DNA of 55,207 bases from Paraglomus brasilianum (GCA_910592345.1 CAJVPI010000094.1:1-55207); one strand, 5' to 3'. Numbered from the stretch's first letter, positions 36,857 through 49,800 are shown. Notes: generated by a model from the sequence alone, not told the origin. Translations and numbers: made by a program.

Positions 36857-38377
36857 ATTAAAAACTAACCGATGCAAATACAAAGATAGAATTTAGTCAA
36901 TCAGCTGTTTAGTTTTCAGACTGTTGAACAGGCAGTAAGTTCCAAAGGATAATGCCACTATAGATGCTATCAAAGCATGGATTAAGCACACCTCAAGAGA
37001 GACTCATTCAATGTATAGTTCCAACTTTTTTCAGCCGTTGCTTATCCAACACTAGCCATCGATCACCTGAAATGCGCGAGTACGATATCGGGAAAATCCG
37101 AAAAATAGGGTATGGATTTTTTTATTTTTTTGCTTCGAAAAGAGGAGTAGTCGACTGTGAAGTTCATGTAAATTAGCATAGATTTCGTCATGTATCATTG
37201 GACAAGAGGGTTGCTAAAACAAACGATTTCGATTTGTATTTATTTTTTATTAATAAAGCGAATCTTTACATTTGCAAATATAACATTTGAATAATTCTTA
37301 TTGTGGGAAACGTGCATACTATAATATAATATTTGATGGAAATTAATAAGCAGGCTAGATCATGTATCAAGGGATTAAGTAATTTATTCTCGAAACTTCC
37401 CGCATATATTCAAAAGACCTATTATAATTTTAAGGGGTATCGGTTGATCTGATTTTCGTGATGAATCATAATATAACGTAATTTTCCCCAAAGATTTATT
37501 CCAAAAATCAATCCTTACAAATCTTATAAAAAGCGAGGCCTTATTAGTGAATCCTTTATCCCGCCTTGTGCAAGTAAAGCAAAAAAAGGGTCAAAAAAAC
37601 TATTCAAACTTACCACTATTAACATCAACAATAGCAACAATATCAAAGTTAGTTATTTTGATTTCTTGGCTTTAATTATCATCACGATGCTAATCATTTT
37701 CTCAAAGATAAAGCGGACATATTACCTTTCTTATATTCGCCGATCACCATCATGTGTCTAATCAGTGTGGCTTTTCTGTCACCAGATTTTCGTCACATAC
37801 AGTGCGCAGTATGATGTTTGAACTGATAATAATATTATCACTTATTAAAATGAATTATAGCGGTAAGTGCGAATCGGAAGCCCTCACCTTGTTTTATTTT
37901 TTTTAATCTCATTGCTAATCTCAAGAATTCTTCCCATAATAATAGATTCGAAATCATTTCATCTCGAATAATCTACTACACGTACATAGTTTGTGTGAGT
38001 GGGAGTGATATAGATAGACGAAAATTCTGTAAATATGGGTGGAATAATTTATTTCAGAGATCTATTGATAGGAACAAATTGAGCAAAGAAATAACTTGGT
38101 GCTGGGACTCCCTCTTTGATAGCACCATTCGCTACCTTATCATTTTCTGATTAGCTACAGTATGTACCTGAAATTATTAATAAAAATTCGCTCTTCTCGG
38201 GATTTAGCCTTTCAGATATTTTTTCATACGGTATACCAAATAAGCCAAGGATATTGTTAATTGTAATCTGCATGTGTCAGGAACATTATATGTGTAAATT
38301 ATAACGCGTATCGTATTTGTTCAATAACGAGCAGTTTTATAAAAAAAAGCTATACACTTATGGTAAATGTTTGTCTG

Positions 38378-38463
38378 AGTTTGGGACCTGTCTCAGTTCG
38401 GAACCCAGTCACTCAGTCCAGAACTCAGTTGTCTCGGTCCAGAACTGAGACAGGTCCCCAACT
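38378..38463. repeat. GC-rich inverted repeat (17 bp perfect, ~22 bp with one mismatch) with internal CTCAGT/CCAGAACT subrepeats
   Basis: GGGACCTGTCTCAGTTC (38383-38399) pairs with GAACTGAGACAGGTCCC (38442-38458). Confidence 0.85.
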
Positions 38464-38511
38464 GAGGTACAACAGTAACTTTATTTTATTAATTTATTAT
38501 TATACGTGATA

Positions 38512-38923
38512 CAGTCTAACCTCGATATAGTAAAGTCTCGGTACAGTGAATTTTGCGCTATAGTAAAGAATTCCTCTGATACATTAATTTCACTCGATAC
38601 AATGAAGTTATATAGTAAGTCTCGTTATTAGATAGTCAAGTTTTTCCTCAAACAATATTAGTAGATTGCATCTCGATATATAGTGGGATTTTGACCAATC
38701 ATAATACAAACACGTGTTGATTAAAAGTGTTAAAGTGAGGGAATTTTAACTGAAACGGAGACACACAAAGAGAAAGAAGAAAAAAAAAGCCAATTCAGAG
38801 AGAAGAAGTTTGTCCGGTGTCCAGAAAGCTAAAATATGTCGTTTAAAAGAGCGAGGTGTTAGCCAAGTTACAATAGCGAAGCAATTCGATATTTCCGAGG
38901 CAACCGTTTCAACCATCTTTTAG
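38512..38923 (+). mobile_element. 5' fragment of a pogo/Tigger-like transposon
   Basis: Starts TA|CAGTCTAACCTCGATATAGT with repeated CTCG...ATAGT subterminal words. Followed by a CENP-B-type N-terminal HTH, RRSLSGVQKAKICRLKERGVSQVTIAKQFDISEATVSTI, then a stop. Confidence 0.7.
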
Positions 38924-40651
38924 AGGCATTAAAATTTTTTACGTCAAGAGGTTTGCAAGTTGTTGTTTTTTTCTTCTTCTTGTATTATTTCACCAGTAAT
39001 CACCTGCGATGCTTCATTGTATAATTTCCCACTCTCTACTCGTCATAAATTGTTCCAAATCACTAACATCTTTTTGGCATTCTCTTTTCCACGTTTCTCT
39101 TTACGATTGCCCATAAGTTTTCTATTGGGTTTTTAAGTCTGGACTGTTGGATGGTTATATTTTGTGCAGTCGAGAAAATAATATTTGCGCTTCCGCCAAT
39201 AATTAACTAACATTAATTTGCTGCTGTAGGTTATTTTAATCAGTAATTTCACTTCTCATTTTTTCATTACGCGTGGCAAGTTCATCGATAACCCTTGCAC
39301 GATTAGTACAAAAGGAGCAACAATGCCATTACAGAGTTGTAATTTCGGGGGTATCATTTCAAGGAATAAACGAAACATGAGAACCATAAGAACATATTGT
39401 CCAAGGTGTTAAACGAATGCACGTATGCGAATTGGGACATTAATTATGGGGACGCGCGGACAAACAGAAACTAGCAAAGATGTTTCTTGTTTCCAATTAT
39501 AATTCAAATAATAAGTACGCATTCATGTTACTTTGCGAAGATTTCAGTGGGATGTTTCTTCATGGCTATGGTCTTACGCATGTATAACATTGATTGGTTT
39601 CCATACCTGATACGCCAATTATTCAGAAAAACATGACTGCACAACACACAACTCGAAATGAAGCCCATTTCTCCACTTTCGATCAATAAACAATTTCGTC
39701 CAAAAATAACCGACAAATTGTTCGCGCTATTAGTAAGCTTGTCGGTTGATCAGGGAAGAGACCAATAAAAGAAAGCAAGAAAGTGTTAAAAAAGTCATAA
39801 ACACAATACCAATACTGTCTCGGAAATTATATAAAAAGACAACTGTGTTTATTCTCGTCTTAAAGCTTTTTTGTATCTACTATCCTAAACTCACGGCTAT
39901 TACTATAATGTACAGTTCCTATTGCACACAAAACTTATAATAACAAAACCGTTCAAAAAGCTCTGCCGTTTCAAGAATCAATACGGAAGATGGATACCAA
40001 CTTTAAAAATCCACCGCTTACATATCTGAAGACAATATTTATCTGAAGTCGTACAGCAACTTCAAAGCGAACGGAATATACCAAATCTCAAGGAAATTTA
40101 CTTCACTTAAAGACAATTCTTTTAACGTTCCAGCATTCGATTCAAGATTATACTCTCGTCTCGAAACCACCATCCGAATATACAGGGCCCTAAGAAGATG
40201 GAGGCGGTTCGTGCGTGTGTAGTCAAAGATGGGAATTAATTAGTTCGGATGTCCGTCCGTCGAGTCGGGATGATAGTTAAAGCCAATGTAAAGACGGTGA
40301 AGAATGAAACAATATCCTAATTGATTTATGGAGCATCGATGTAAACTAATTATAGAAAATAATGGCAATCACATCCCTTATTAAAATTATATCAATAAAG
40401 CATATCTTGCGGACTTTCAAATGAAGCTTAAATCATATTATTTGGATGAGTTAGAGTAAATCTTTTGTTTTTGAAGAGACTTCGGAAGTGTAATTGAATG
40501 TAAAGCGACGACTTGCGTATTTCCTTATAACCCTCCTTCAGCAGTAACAAGGCCAATTGAGACGCGTATTTTTGTGTGACCGTAGAAAGGAGATCGCCAT
40601 CACGCGTTATTTGCTCTCAAACGAAACATTCTCACCAATTAATTACACAAG

Positions 40652-43513
40652 GAAGCGATATGGAAATCGACGATGACATAGAATTTCAACGACATGCAAA
40701 CACCCGGCTATGGGTTGACAAGTATAGGCCGAAGAAATTTACTGATTTAACTGGTGACGAGGTTGGTTGCGACAGATCGATGATTATACTATCCGTAAGG
40801 GCAATGCCTCAAATGTGATGATTATTTTATAGAGATTGAACAGAGAATGTCTCAAATGGTTAAAACAATGGGATTACTGTGTGTTTGGCAGAGCACATCG
40901 GCAAGTCAAGGCTCAAGATGGAGGAAATAAAGTATATTGCATTCAATCTTGCTGCGCGTTTTTGTTGCAATAGACACTTTTCTCCGGGATGATTATACGG
41001 GAAATCTAACCAAGTGAATCTAACCGGACAATATTTGATCTGTATTTTAAGGACCCTTTGCAACGTCCCGAGAAAAGAGTACGTGTATAAGGCCCGAGTA
41101 TGGGCTTTGAACAGTGGGAATGAAACGAGTATCGATTGAATTCTACTACTACATTTCAACAGGTATTGTTACTTGTTGGCCCACCTGGATCGACAAAAAC
41201 TACAGTAGCGCATGCTATAGCGAGACATTGTGGATATCACATTGTCGAAGTTAACGCAAGGTATAGTAGGACAGTTTGTTTTATTATCCGGTATATAATC
41301 TTTGTGTTAATACGTTTCGATAATCGTAGTGATGACCGGTCAGGACAAGTGGTTCAAAACAAAATCAGAGACATTCTTCGATGGCAATCTGCTTTAAACA
41401 AGAAGCCGAATATTCTCATTATTGATGAAGTTGATGGTGCCATTGGCGGAGGAGAACAAGTGAGTGAACAGGATCATCAGTTTTCTGTTGTAACTGTGGT
41501 ATGATATTAAGAAATACTTTGACTCTGTCGGGTGTAGAGTTTTATTAGGCTTCTTGTTGACATTATAAAAGATGACGATACGAGGAGAGATAAGTCAAGT
41601 AAGATTACAATATAACGATGTAATTACTTTTAACAACGAATCCTTAACTTTATTTTCACTTGTACAGAAGCGGGAAACAAATCAAAAGAAAAGAATCGCT
41701 TACGACGGCCAATTATTTGCATTTGCAACGACCAGTATGTTTCCAGTAAATACGTAATTCACCCATGCATGGTTTGTAAAATCTATAATAACCAAACATC
41801 CGCCACAGCAACTAATGATTACTTGCGTTTATAGATACGTTCCTTCCATAAGACCCCTTCGAGAAATAGCACAGGTATATCAATTCCGGAAATGCCAGTC
41901 GGCGGTGATTTCGCCGCAACTCCAGAAAATATGCAAGTTAGAAGGAGTATCGGCGGATCTGAGAACCTTGTCTGCACTCGTAGATGCGGCAGAGGGAGAT
42001 CTACGAACATGTTTGAACACTTTACAGGTAAAACATGGATATTACGATGTTTCTTTAACCGTGAGCGTGATGACCTGATTGCTAATACTTTATATAGTTT
42101 CTCAGTCAAAAGTCAAAAGTAATTACAGCAGAAATGGTAAATCGGGATAGTATTGGACTAAGAGATGTAAACCAGTCTTTGTTTCATATATGGGAAGAGA
42201 TCTTTCAATTAAAGAGTGGACAAAAAAAAAGGATAGAGGGTAGGATTGTTACCGAAGAAGTTGCTGCCTCAAGAGGTAGGACATATGCTACTTTTTGGTT
42301 TGTCGGGTACTTTCGCCTTATAACGATATACACTATCTGACGGATTTTTGGACATAAGAGGACAAGTATCTTGCGCGCCTTTCGTCAATGATTAACACAA
42401 ATTCGGAATACGATAAATTGATGCAGGGTAATTATTGTACGGAACTAGCATATCCCGAACTTTTCAAACCAATAGTTGAAACAGATTTCTAAAGCCTATT
42501 TATATTACAGGATGCTTCGAGAACTACCCAAACATGAAGTTTAACGATTCAAACTTTTCTAAACGGCTCGACGTTTGCGACTGGCTTGTCTTTTACGATC
42601 AAGTGAATCAACGACTCAATTCACGCCAGCAGTTCGGATTACAACCCTATTTGCCCTATAGTCTCGCTGCATTCCATCCTTTATTCGCAGGCAGCGTTAA
42701 ACAGGACATCAAATATCCGAGGACAGATTATCAGGTGCGTTTCCCTATCGCCCAGACGGTGAATTGAATGAGGGTTACTTATTTTGTTTATTTTTTTTTC
42801 CTATAGTATTTCATCAAGACAAAAGAGCGTGAACAAGCAATTGCGTCATTCCTTGATGAATCACCAAAATACCTTAGCGCGATATCAAAAGAGAAATTTG
42901 CTACAGAGTATTTTCCTTATGTCTCTAAAATAATCGACCGTGATGCGCACCAGGTACCCATAGATTGTCATTTAACTAAAATTTCTCCCCTTTTTTTTTT
43001 CCCATTGGTATTATTCATGCAATTGGGTTTCTTATTTTTATAGAAAGCGGATCGTCTCTCAAAGGTTATAAACCTTGAGGTGCCTCGGGTAAACATATTC
43101 AAAAGTTCCTAATTAGTTATGAAATATACAAACCCATTAAATCACAATTTTGAATTTTGTAGAAAAACATACTAGTGTCGCATACCGAAGTAAATATATC
43201 AATGTTTAAACGATACTGTACTCGCTACGATTATTCCCGTTGTTTAACAAAACCTCTCTTCTTATAGCGAGAAGCTCCTGTTGATTTCTTTGGGAGACCA
43301 ATAAAACGAAAGGCCGGAGCACAGGCAAAACGAGGTATCTAATTCATAGAAACATTCGATATGATTGTACGATCCGCATAAAACACTTTATTAACAATTT
43401 GTCATGCTTTAAATATAGTGAAAAAGGAAGAGACACGTACTGTCTACTTCCGTTTTAACGAAGGGTTTTCAAACGCGCCTCGACAAAAGATGCGAGTTCG
43501 GGATTTCTTGTAA
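40652..43513 (+). CDS. CTF18: Chromosome transmission fidelity protein 18 (alternative RFC large subunit), many exons; N-terminal exons upstream of 40652 unresolved
   Basis: LWVDKYRPKKFTDLTGDE|RLNRECLKWLKQWDYCVFG, DPLQRPEKR|VLLLVGPPGSTKTTVAH, EVNASDDRS, ILIIDEVDG, RRPIICICND, EGDLRTCLNTLQ, PVDFFGRPI, and C-terminal VYFRFNEGFSNAPRQKMRVRDFL*. Confidence 0.92.
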
Positions 43514-43588
43514 TGTAAAAGATGTGTTATAATAGAAACTTACGGATGATAGATAATATTACAAATATAATATGAATTTCACACCTAT

Positions 43589-44323
43589 TTACTTTCTTCC
43601 AGGAAATAATCGGCTGTATTGTAAATTTCTAAAGGCTTCATTGGAGGCAAATCAATTTCGGAAGGTTCGATGCTTCTAGCTGTGTTCTAAAAAGAACAAT
43701 ATTAGAATTATTTCTCTCGGTTATACAGTGGTTTATCCTTAATTACCAGTTTCAGAGACTCCCAGACACGATTAATGGGATTCGTTAGGAATCTCTCTGC
43801 TTCATCGACACGATCCGTTACATCGTTCACTGTTTTCTTTACTACATTCATGAACGCCTACAGTCGATAGAAGTGAGATGAAAGCGACTTCGACATACGC
43901 ATATAAATTCTTATGATAGTCGTACTTCGAGATTATCAATCTTATTATACAAGGCATCTAGATGGTGTGCTGCTTCGAAAAGCTCTTTAGCAGATTCCGA
44001 TTGTTTTGTGGATTCGGATCTGATCTATGAGAGAAGATTCTAAAAAGAATTCAGTTTGTCAGCGACGACGACAAATGACATTCTTTTAACGTACCTGTTC
44101 AATAGAGACTTTCATATCTTCCATTTGGCTCGATGCAATTGCGATGTTTGAATTTATCTCTTTTACCTTGATCAGATCACAGATCGTTTAATTAAAAGAC
44201 CACTATAGTAGCTGTCATTAATATATTTCTACTTACAATTTGGCTATTTGTCTCGGAAACATCCAAATGTTTAGCAAGCTCTCTTGCAACCTCTTTAAGG
44301 TCGGCCGAAGGCGTGGACTCCAT
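43589..44323 (-). CDS. BLOC1S4: BLOC-1 complex subunit 4 (Cappuccino/Cno-like), 5 exons
   Basis: Spliced ~155-aa coiled-coil protein: MESTPSADLKEVARELAKHL...LDALYNKIDNLEAFMNVVKKTVNDVTDRVDEAE...EIYNTADYFPGRK. The KID.LE.F..V segment and the C-terminal IY.T.DYF motif fit BLOS4. Confidence 0.75.
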
Positions 44324-45089
44324 CACCTTTTAGTAGTAGAGATGTAAATTATTATTATAGGTGAACACAGCCGTAAAACATTCACGGGATACAAACTAAA
44401 ACGTCAAGTGCGATGTAAATGACGTCATATTTTATTAGTGATGTTTAGCTTGTTTATTGTTGTTAATATTCTGAGCCTCATCTTTGTTATCAGATTCACT
44501 GGTAGAAGTTGGGTCTGTTTCTACGTATTTCAACATTGTGAAATTCTTTGCATCTCATACTCGTCGGTGATCTAAACACGTTAACAGAACCCAGACTGGA
44601 AGCAAAATAAGATTCAATTATATACTGGCGAAAATCATACCGGACTTCAACCCGTCCGTCATTGTGTATTCAGATAATCGGCGGTATGCAATAAATATGC
44701 GATACTTTTTCTATGATACGCAGGTCTAGGATCTAGAATAAAGCAAGCGATTTGTAATACTACACTACTAACTAAAGTCACGACCACCCCTCAAAATCTT
44801 CGTGAATAATTCAAATGATATACGCAAAATTTTATTGCGTATTATTAGACGAAGAATGGAAGAAAATAATCTGGAGTAACAATCTTGGTTTGCCCTTTCA
44901 AAAGTAATGATAGATCTCGGTTGAAACTCCAGAAAAATATATATATTTTGTGTTCTCCCAACAATGATGAAAGGTATGCTAATTTACATAAAAAGTCTTT
45001 GGAATTAAATATTTGAAGGAATAGTTGTAGGTCTAAAATGTGATGGTTGACGTCACGCATCAAGCTAACTTCTTTCAAATATTGTATAC

Positions 45090-45957
45090 GATGAGCATCT
45101 CCCGTAAGAGAATATCCATTACCTGCAACAACCGATGTCCACAACGATAGAGTCTCTTCCAACTTTTGCAACTTCGCCGTCGATACCTCATCCGTTTAGC
45201 ATAAAGGATATTAATATTGCTATTTTTCTGAATGAGCTATAATACTCTGACGGTTGTTTCATTCTTAAGCCGCGAAAAAAATGGCGCGTAAATAAACTGG
45301 TATATTTCAACAATTACGCAACATGAATAAATAAAAACAAAAGCTTATTGACTACTTTATTAAATGTAAAAATTCTGGTATAAAACTCTATCTCCATTTT
45401 TTTGTAATACCAGTTCACAATGCTTTTTCATAGATCTAATTAATTTTGTACGGGGTTCTTGGGATTTTATTTCGTTCTTCAACCATAAACCGTACATTAA
45501 TATCTGTGTGGATACCAGTCGGATGACCTTCTATAACATGAGAATCCGTGATGTATGCTTGGGATCATTATTGTTGGCCAACAGGGGTTTGCAAAATATT
45601 CCACATAACGGAACATCCATAATTTCTGTAAAAGCAAAACAAGGAGATTTGGATTACTACCCTTATGTTCAATGGTAGTTTCTTACGTTTGGATAGTACG
45701 AAGGGAAATTTCATTCAACCAATAATGTAAAAATTGCTTGATTTGTGCTTCAAGCTTTATGTTAACCATTTTACGGAAAAAAAAAAGAAAGAGGATAGTT
45801 TCTTTCGTACGGACAAATAGGTAAATAACCATTTATAAATATAGAAATCATGCAAACAACCGCGCGTTTTTAGTTCCAAGTTGGTTAGTCGAGGCTTTTT
45901 ACATATTTGCTGTTTCTGTTTGGCGGTTAACTCAAGGCTTTCTTTCGATCGAGACAT
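45090..45957 (-). mobile_element. pogo/Tigger transposase N-terminal relic interrupted by a Tc1 relic
   Basis: MSRSKESLELTAKQKQQICKKPRLTNLEL (CENP-B_N-like) and STAKLQKLEETLSLWTSVVAGNGYSLTGDA (CENP-B-type HTH) are split by about 600 bp. Confidence 0.7.
45271..45871 (-). mobile_element. Degenerate Tc1 element nested in the pogo relic
   Basis: Minus-strand NNDPKHTSR and TKLIRSMKKHCELVLQKNGDRVLY (Tc1 catalytic and C-terminal motifs). The segment is absent from the second pogo copy at about 49450. Confidence 0.65.
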
Positions 45958-46073
45958 TTTTGAAACTCAGTTTATATCCAATACAATAGAATTTTTCATT
46001 GGTCATTCTTAATGTCACGTGAATGGTAGTATTTATTGGAACGTGTTCGTGGCAATTTGTTTATTGGATCAAG

Positions 46074-48726
46074 ATGGATAACTTACTCTCTTCCGCTCTC
46101 GACGCTGTCTCGAATTTTATTTTCAACCTATCATCCACCACTACTATTGAGCCAAAGTTTAAAAACAATCATACTTCAGGATGCCCGGCAATTGACAGTT
46201 TAATTGAACGGAATAGTATGGAAAATTACAATTATCCTTTGTCGTGGAGAAAAATAAAGAACTTTACCGTCATAAAATCAAGTCAGACTGTTACTATTAC
46301 GGGCCAAACCATTATTCATGCTTTATACAGGCTTAGGCTTTCGCCCAACAATGTCCAAGAGACGACACACATGCTGTTATTACTTGGAACCGCGGAAAAA
46401 TGTACGCCTGCATATATAAATGAGCTTACAAGAGTGTACTCACTCCCAGCAGAGGAGTACACTAATCTACCTAACGTCAGTCAGTTCAGAAGATATCCGA
46501 TATGGCTGATGCATCGCAATGCAGATATAGGCTTCACCAAGTATGATAATAATTATTATCTGGTAACTGGCAAAGACTTTTATTGTTACTACTCTCAATG
46601 TGGTTTTTGTCCGGCGTGTGGGATACTGAGATGTAGTCCCGTGTGGTGTATTTGCGGACACAAAGAAGTATTCAACGGATGGAGTAGCAACAATAAGAAA
46701 CTTGACGAGTTTATTAAAGAATCACAAATGCGAACAAACTCAGCAAATGAACCATACTTGGAATGGATTCCATTTGATAGTATTCAGAATTATAAAGGTA
46801 GCAAGTTCTTGAGTAGTCAGATTGCCTATTGCGATATAAAGTTGATCCCGCTCGATATAACGGATGAGACAGACTATGACAAGGTAAACTATTAATTTTT
46901 GTGAATATGTTATATTGCCAGTTATTGACTTTTTAACCCCTTCCCCAGTTATATGATGATCATCCGGACATCCTTAACCCTAATGTTTGGAGCACTATTG
47001 GATTTACATACGATGCTGGACTACAAACATACTATTTGATTAAAGATGTAGATGAAGTTGGGATATGTCTAGCATGTACAAATCCGTTCGAGTCTGCGGT
47101 AAAGGCATTCTGTTTTTCTTGCAAAAAACCAAATCCGCTTAATTGGACTACCGGCAACGAGTCATTGGATTCGTTTATAAGAAAATCATGGAGTAATGTG
47201 TGTGTACGTGATTTGTACGATAGCTATCTGCAATGGATTGAGTATTCTCGGTTGACAAACGAGCGAGAAATCTCATCATTACGCCATGGATGCACACATA
47301 TAGCAGACTGTTTAGACCCGATAAAAAATAAATCGATAAGAGTGATACTCAAGAAGATAGTTGATGGACAGCATGCTCAGTCATTTGATTTTTATCAGGT
47401 AAAGAATTTTTACGCGTAAATGAATAATAAAATCACCGTCATTAAGTGTGAGGACGCGTTTTTTGATCCAACTATTGTATTGATACTCATGTAGTTAAGC
47501 AAGGATTATCCAGAGATTTTATCAAGACTTGATAATATTTGGATTATTGGTATCACCCAAGAGCCATCTACTCAAGACTATTATTTAATATTTTACTATG
47601 AGATAAGCACGGTACTGAAGAAATATATGCATCCTCAGTATGGCAAAAGTGTAGAGATTATTCAAGATATTGACATAAATGAAATTGAAAAGATTGGATC
47701 GGGTGGTTATACAACAGTCTATACTGCCAAATACAAAAATGCATCAAAAGACATGCTAGAACTTGTTGCTCTCAAACGTTTTAAAAATTTTGAAAAGATG
47801 ACAGACTTGTTTATTTTCGAGGTAAGCAACCCTTGATATCATTAAGTAATGCTTGATTATGGTCTGGTACTGATTATTTATTTACTTGTTCAAAGATTAG
47901 AAATCTAGCCAAGTGTCTTGACTTTCAGTCATTCGAAGAAGGCGAAGACTTTCTAAAAATTCTTGGAGTCACACGACAGCCAGAGAATGAATATGCGGTT
48001 ATAATGCAATATGCTAAGCATGGTGATCTTTGGTCTTATTTGGATCAGAATTTAAACAGAATGACCTGGAAGAGGAAAGTCAAGCTTGTGGATACAATTG
48101 CCTCTTCTCTGCATTTGATTCATGGGCCTGGGTTGGTGCATCGTAATCTCCATGCTGGCAACATACTCTTGGATGTCAATATACATAAACAAGGACCTAA
48201 TGTTATGCCTAAGGTATTCATAAGCGATCTCGGTCTAGCTCGATCGGAAGCATACGAGTCAATTTCAGGCATTAAAGGAGTTTTACCTTTTATTGCACCA
48301 GAAGTCTTCCATACCTGCAAATTTACTCAGAAATCAGATATATATGCCTTAGGTATTATTATGTATTTGATTGCCAGTGGTGAACCACCTTTCAGAAATA
48401 GATTGTTCGATAATAGTTTAGTATATGATATTTTGGATGGACTGCGACCAGAGATGCCCGATTCAGCACCAGAGGCATATAAGAAGCTTGCTGCCATGTG
48501 TTGCGATGCTGATCCTGACAAACGTCCAGGGTTGATGTCTTTTATCTTTTCTATCCATAAGACAGAAATAGTAATCAATAAGTCTGACAATTCTATATGG
48601 GATACCATCTATGATAACGATGTAAAACCGTTGACACGTCTTGAGAAGGAGAGTAAATACTCTAGTAAGCACCCACCTATTGTAGATCTGAAAACAGTTT
48701 CGATTACAATTCCGTCGCAGGTATGA
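46074..48726 (+). CDS. Glomeromycotina-type tyrosine-kinase-like protein with repeated N-terminal modules; catalytic loop HRN (candidate pseudokinase); exons 46074-46883, 46949-47398, 47495-47821, 47896-~48726
   Basis: IGSGGYTTVY, VALKRF, MQYAKHGDL, VHRNLHAGNILL, ISDLGL, GVLPFIAPE, KSDIYALG, CCDADPDKRP. Two upstream WSSNNKKLDEFI/WTTGNESLDSFI...LEWI modules. The 3' end may use one more short intron. Confidence 0.88.
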
Positions 48727-49304
48727 AGGCACAACTATGAATTGATTGAGAGATGATTTATGCAACATTAACATAATAATATTATTAATTATAATAATGC
48801 TATTGTTCCATTTTTTTTATAATTAGTGACTCGACCTGGACATTTGCATAATATTCTTATTACGTAATTAACTATCTATAGGTTTGAAGTCTTTTTTTTT
48901 CCTGATTCACATTCAGTTTATACTGACATGCATTGAATGTTGGCAGAGATAATAATCCTTGTAATAGGTTTAATAAAAACAATAGTTCCTATTTCTGCAT
49001 AAATTTGAAAACAGGCCAATCAGAGAGTGGCGCCGTTCCGCAATCCTTCTGTGTTCATTCTTTTTTCATTTATTTGCAAGAAATTGTGCATGATGAATTC
49101 TCGATGAAGATGACAGATAGAGAAGACTTCGAAATCAATTTTCTCCCTGCATAAACAGACATACGTGACATCGTGGTTATAACACGTGAGACCTTGCGCG
49201 CATCTGTTCCCATTACATAATTTTGCTGCCCCCAATCAGAAAGGTCAAAAGAGAATTGAACAGGGTCTTAAAGCTTTGAAAACGTGATGGATGACGTTTT
49301 GATG

Positions 49305-49589
49305 GAATATCCATTACTATTACCTGCACAACCGATGTCGGGTCTCTTCCAACTTTTGCCACCTCGCCGTCGATACCTCACCGTTCAGCATAAAGGATAT
49401 TAATATTAATATTGATATTTCCTGATTGATCTGTTGATTTCATTCTTGAGCTAATTCCAAGTTGGTTAATCAAGGCTTTTAACATATTTGCTGTTGCTGT
49501 CTGGCGGTTAACTTAAGGCTTCTTTCGATCGAGATGGCCCATATACGGAGAAGAATAATCGGAAATTTTAATGTCACGTGAATGTTAGT
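49305..49589 (-). mobile_element. Second, diverged copy of the pogo relic and adjacent upstream block (lacks the Tc1 insert)
   Basis: Colinear with 45110-45270 plus 45872-46030. Shared words include GTCTCTTCCAACTTTTGC, GCCGTCGATACCTCA, TTCCAAGTTGGTTA, GGCGGTTAACT and TAATGTCACGTGAATG. Confidence 0.85.
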
Positions 49590-49800
49590 GCCGGTGATAT
49601 AAAAAGGTCAACCCCGATAAACCGAACCCCGATAATATTAATATTAAACCTCCATAAACCGTAAACCGAAGATTTTCTGAAACAAACATCAAAATTTACC
49701 CCGATAATAATCCGAATAAAATAACGTAACAATTTATTTAAGCCAATAACATATCATCCACCTTTGTAAACCAAATATTGACCCCGATAAACCGTGTATT
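49586..49800. mobile_element. Probable DNA-transposon end (hAT-like subterminal repeats)
   Basis: Starts TAGTGCCGG exactly where the duplication similarity stops. Four ACCCCGATAA copies plus AAACCG words. No clear partner end was found. Confidence 0.4.

Noticed and set aside
41599..41667. TCCTTAAC (U12-type branch-point word) in a CTF18 intron
   Set aside because: The donor is GTAAGA (U2-type), not RTATCCTT, and CTTAAC also fits the U2 branch consensus. There is no support for a minor intron.
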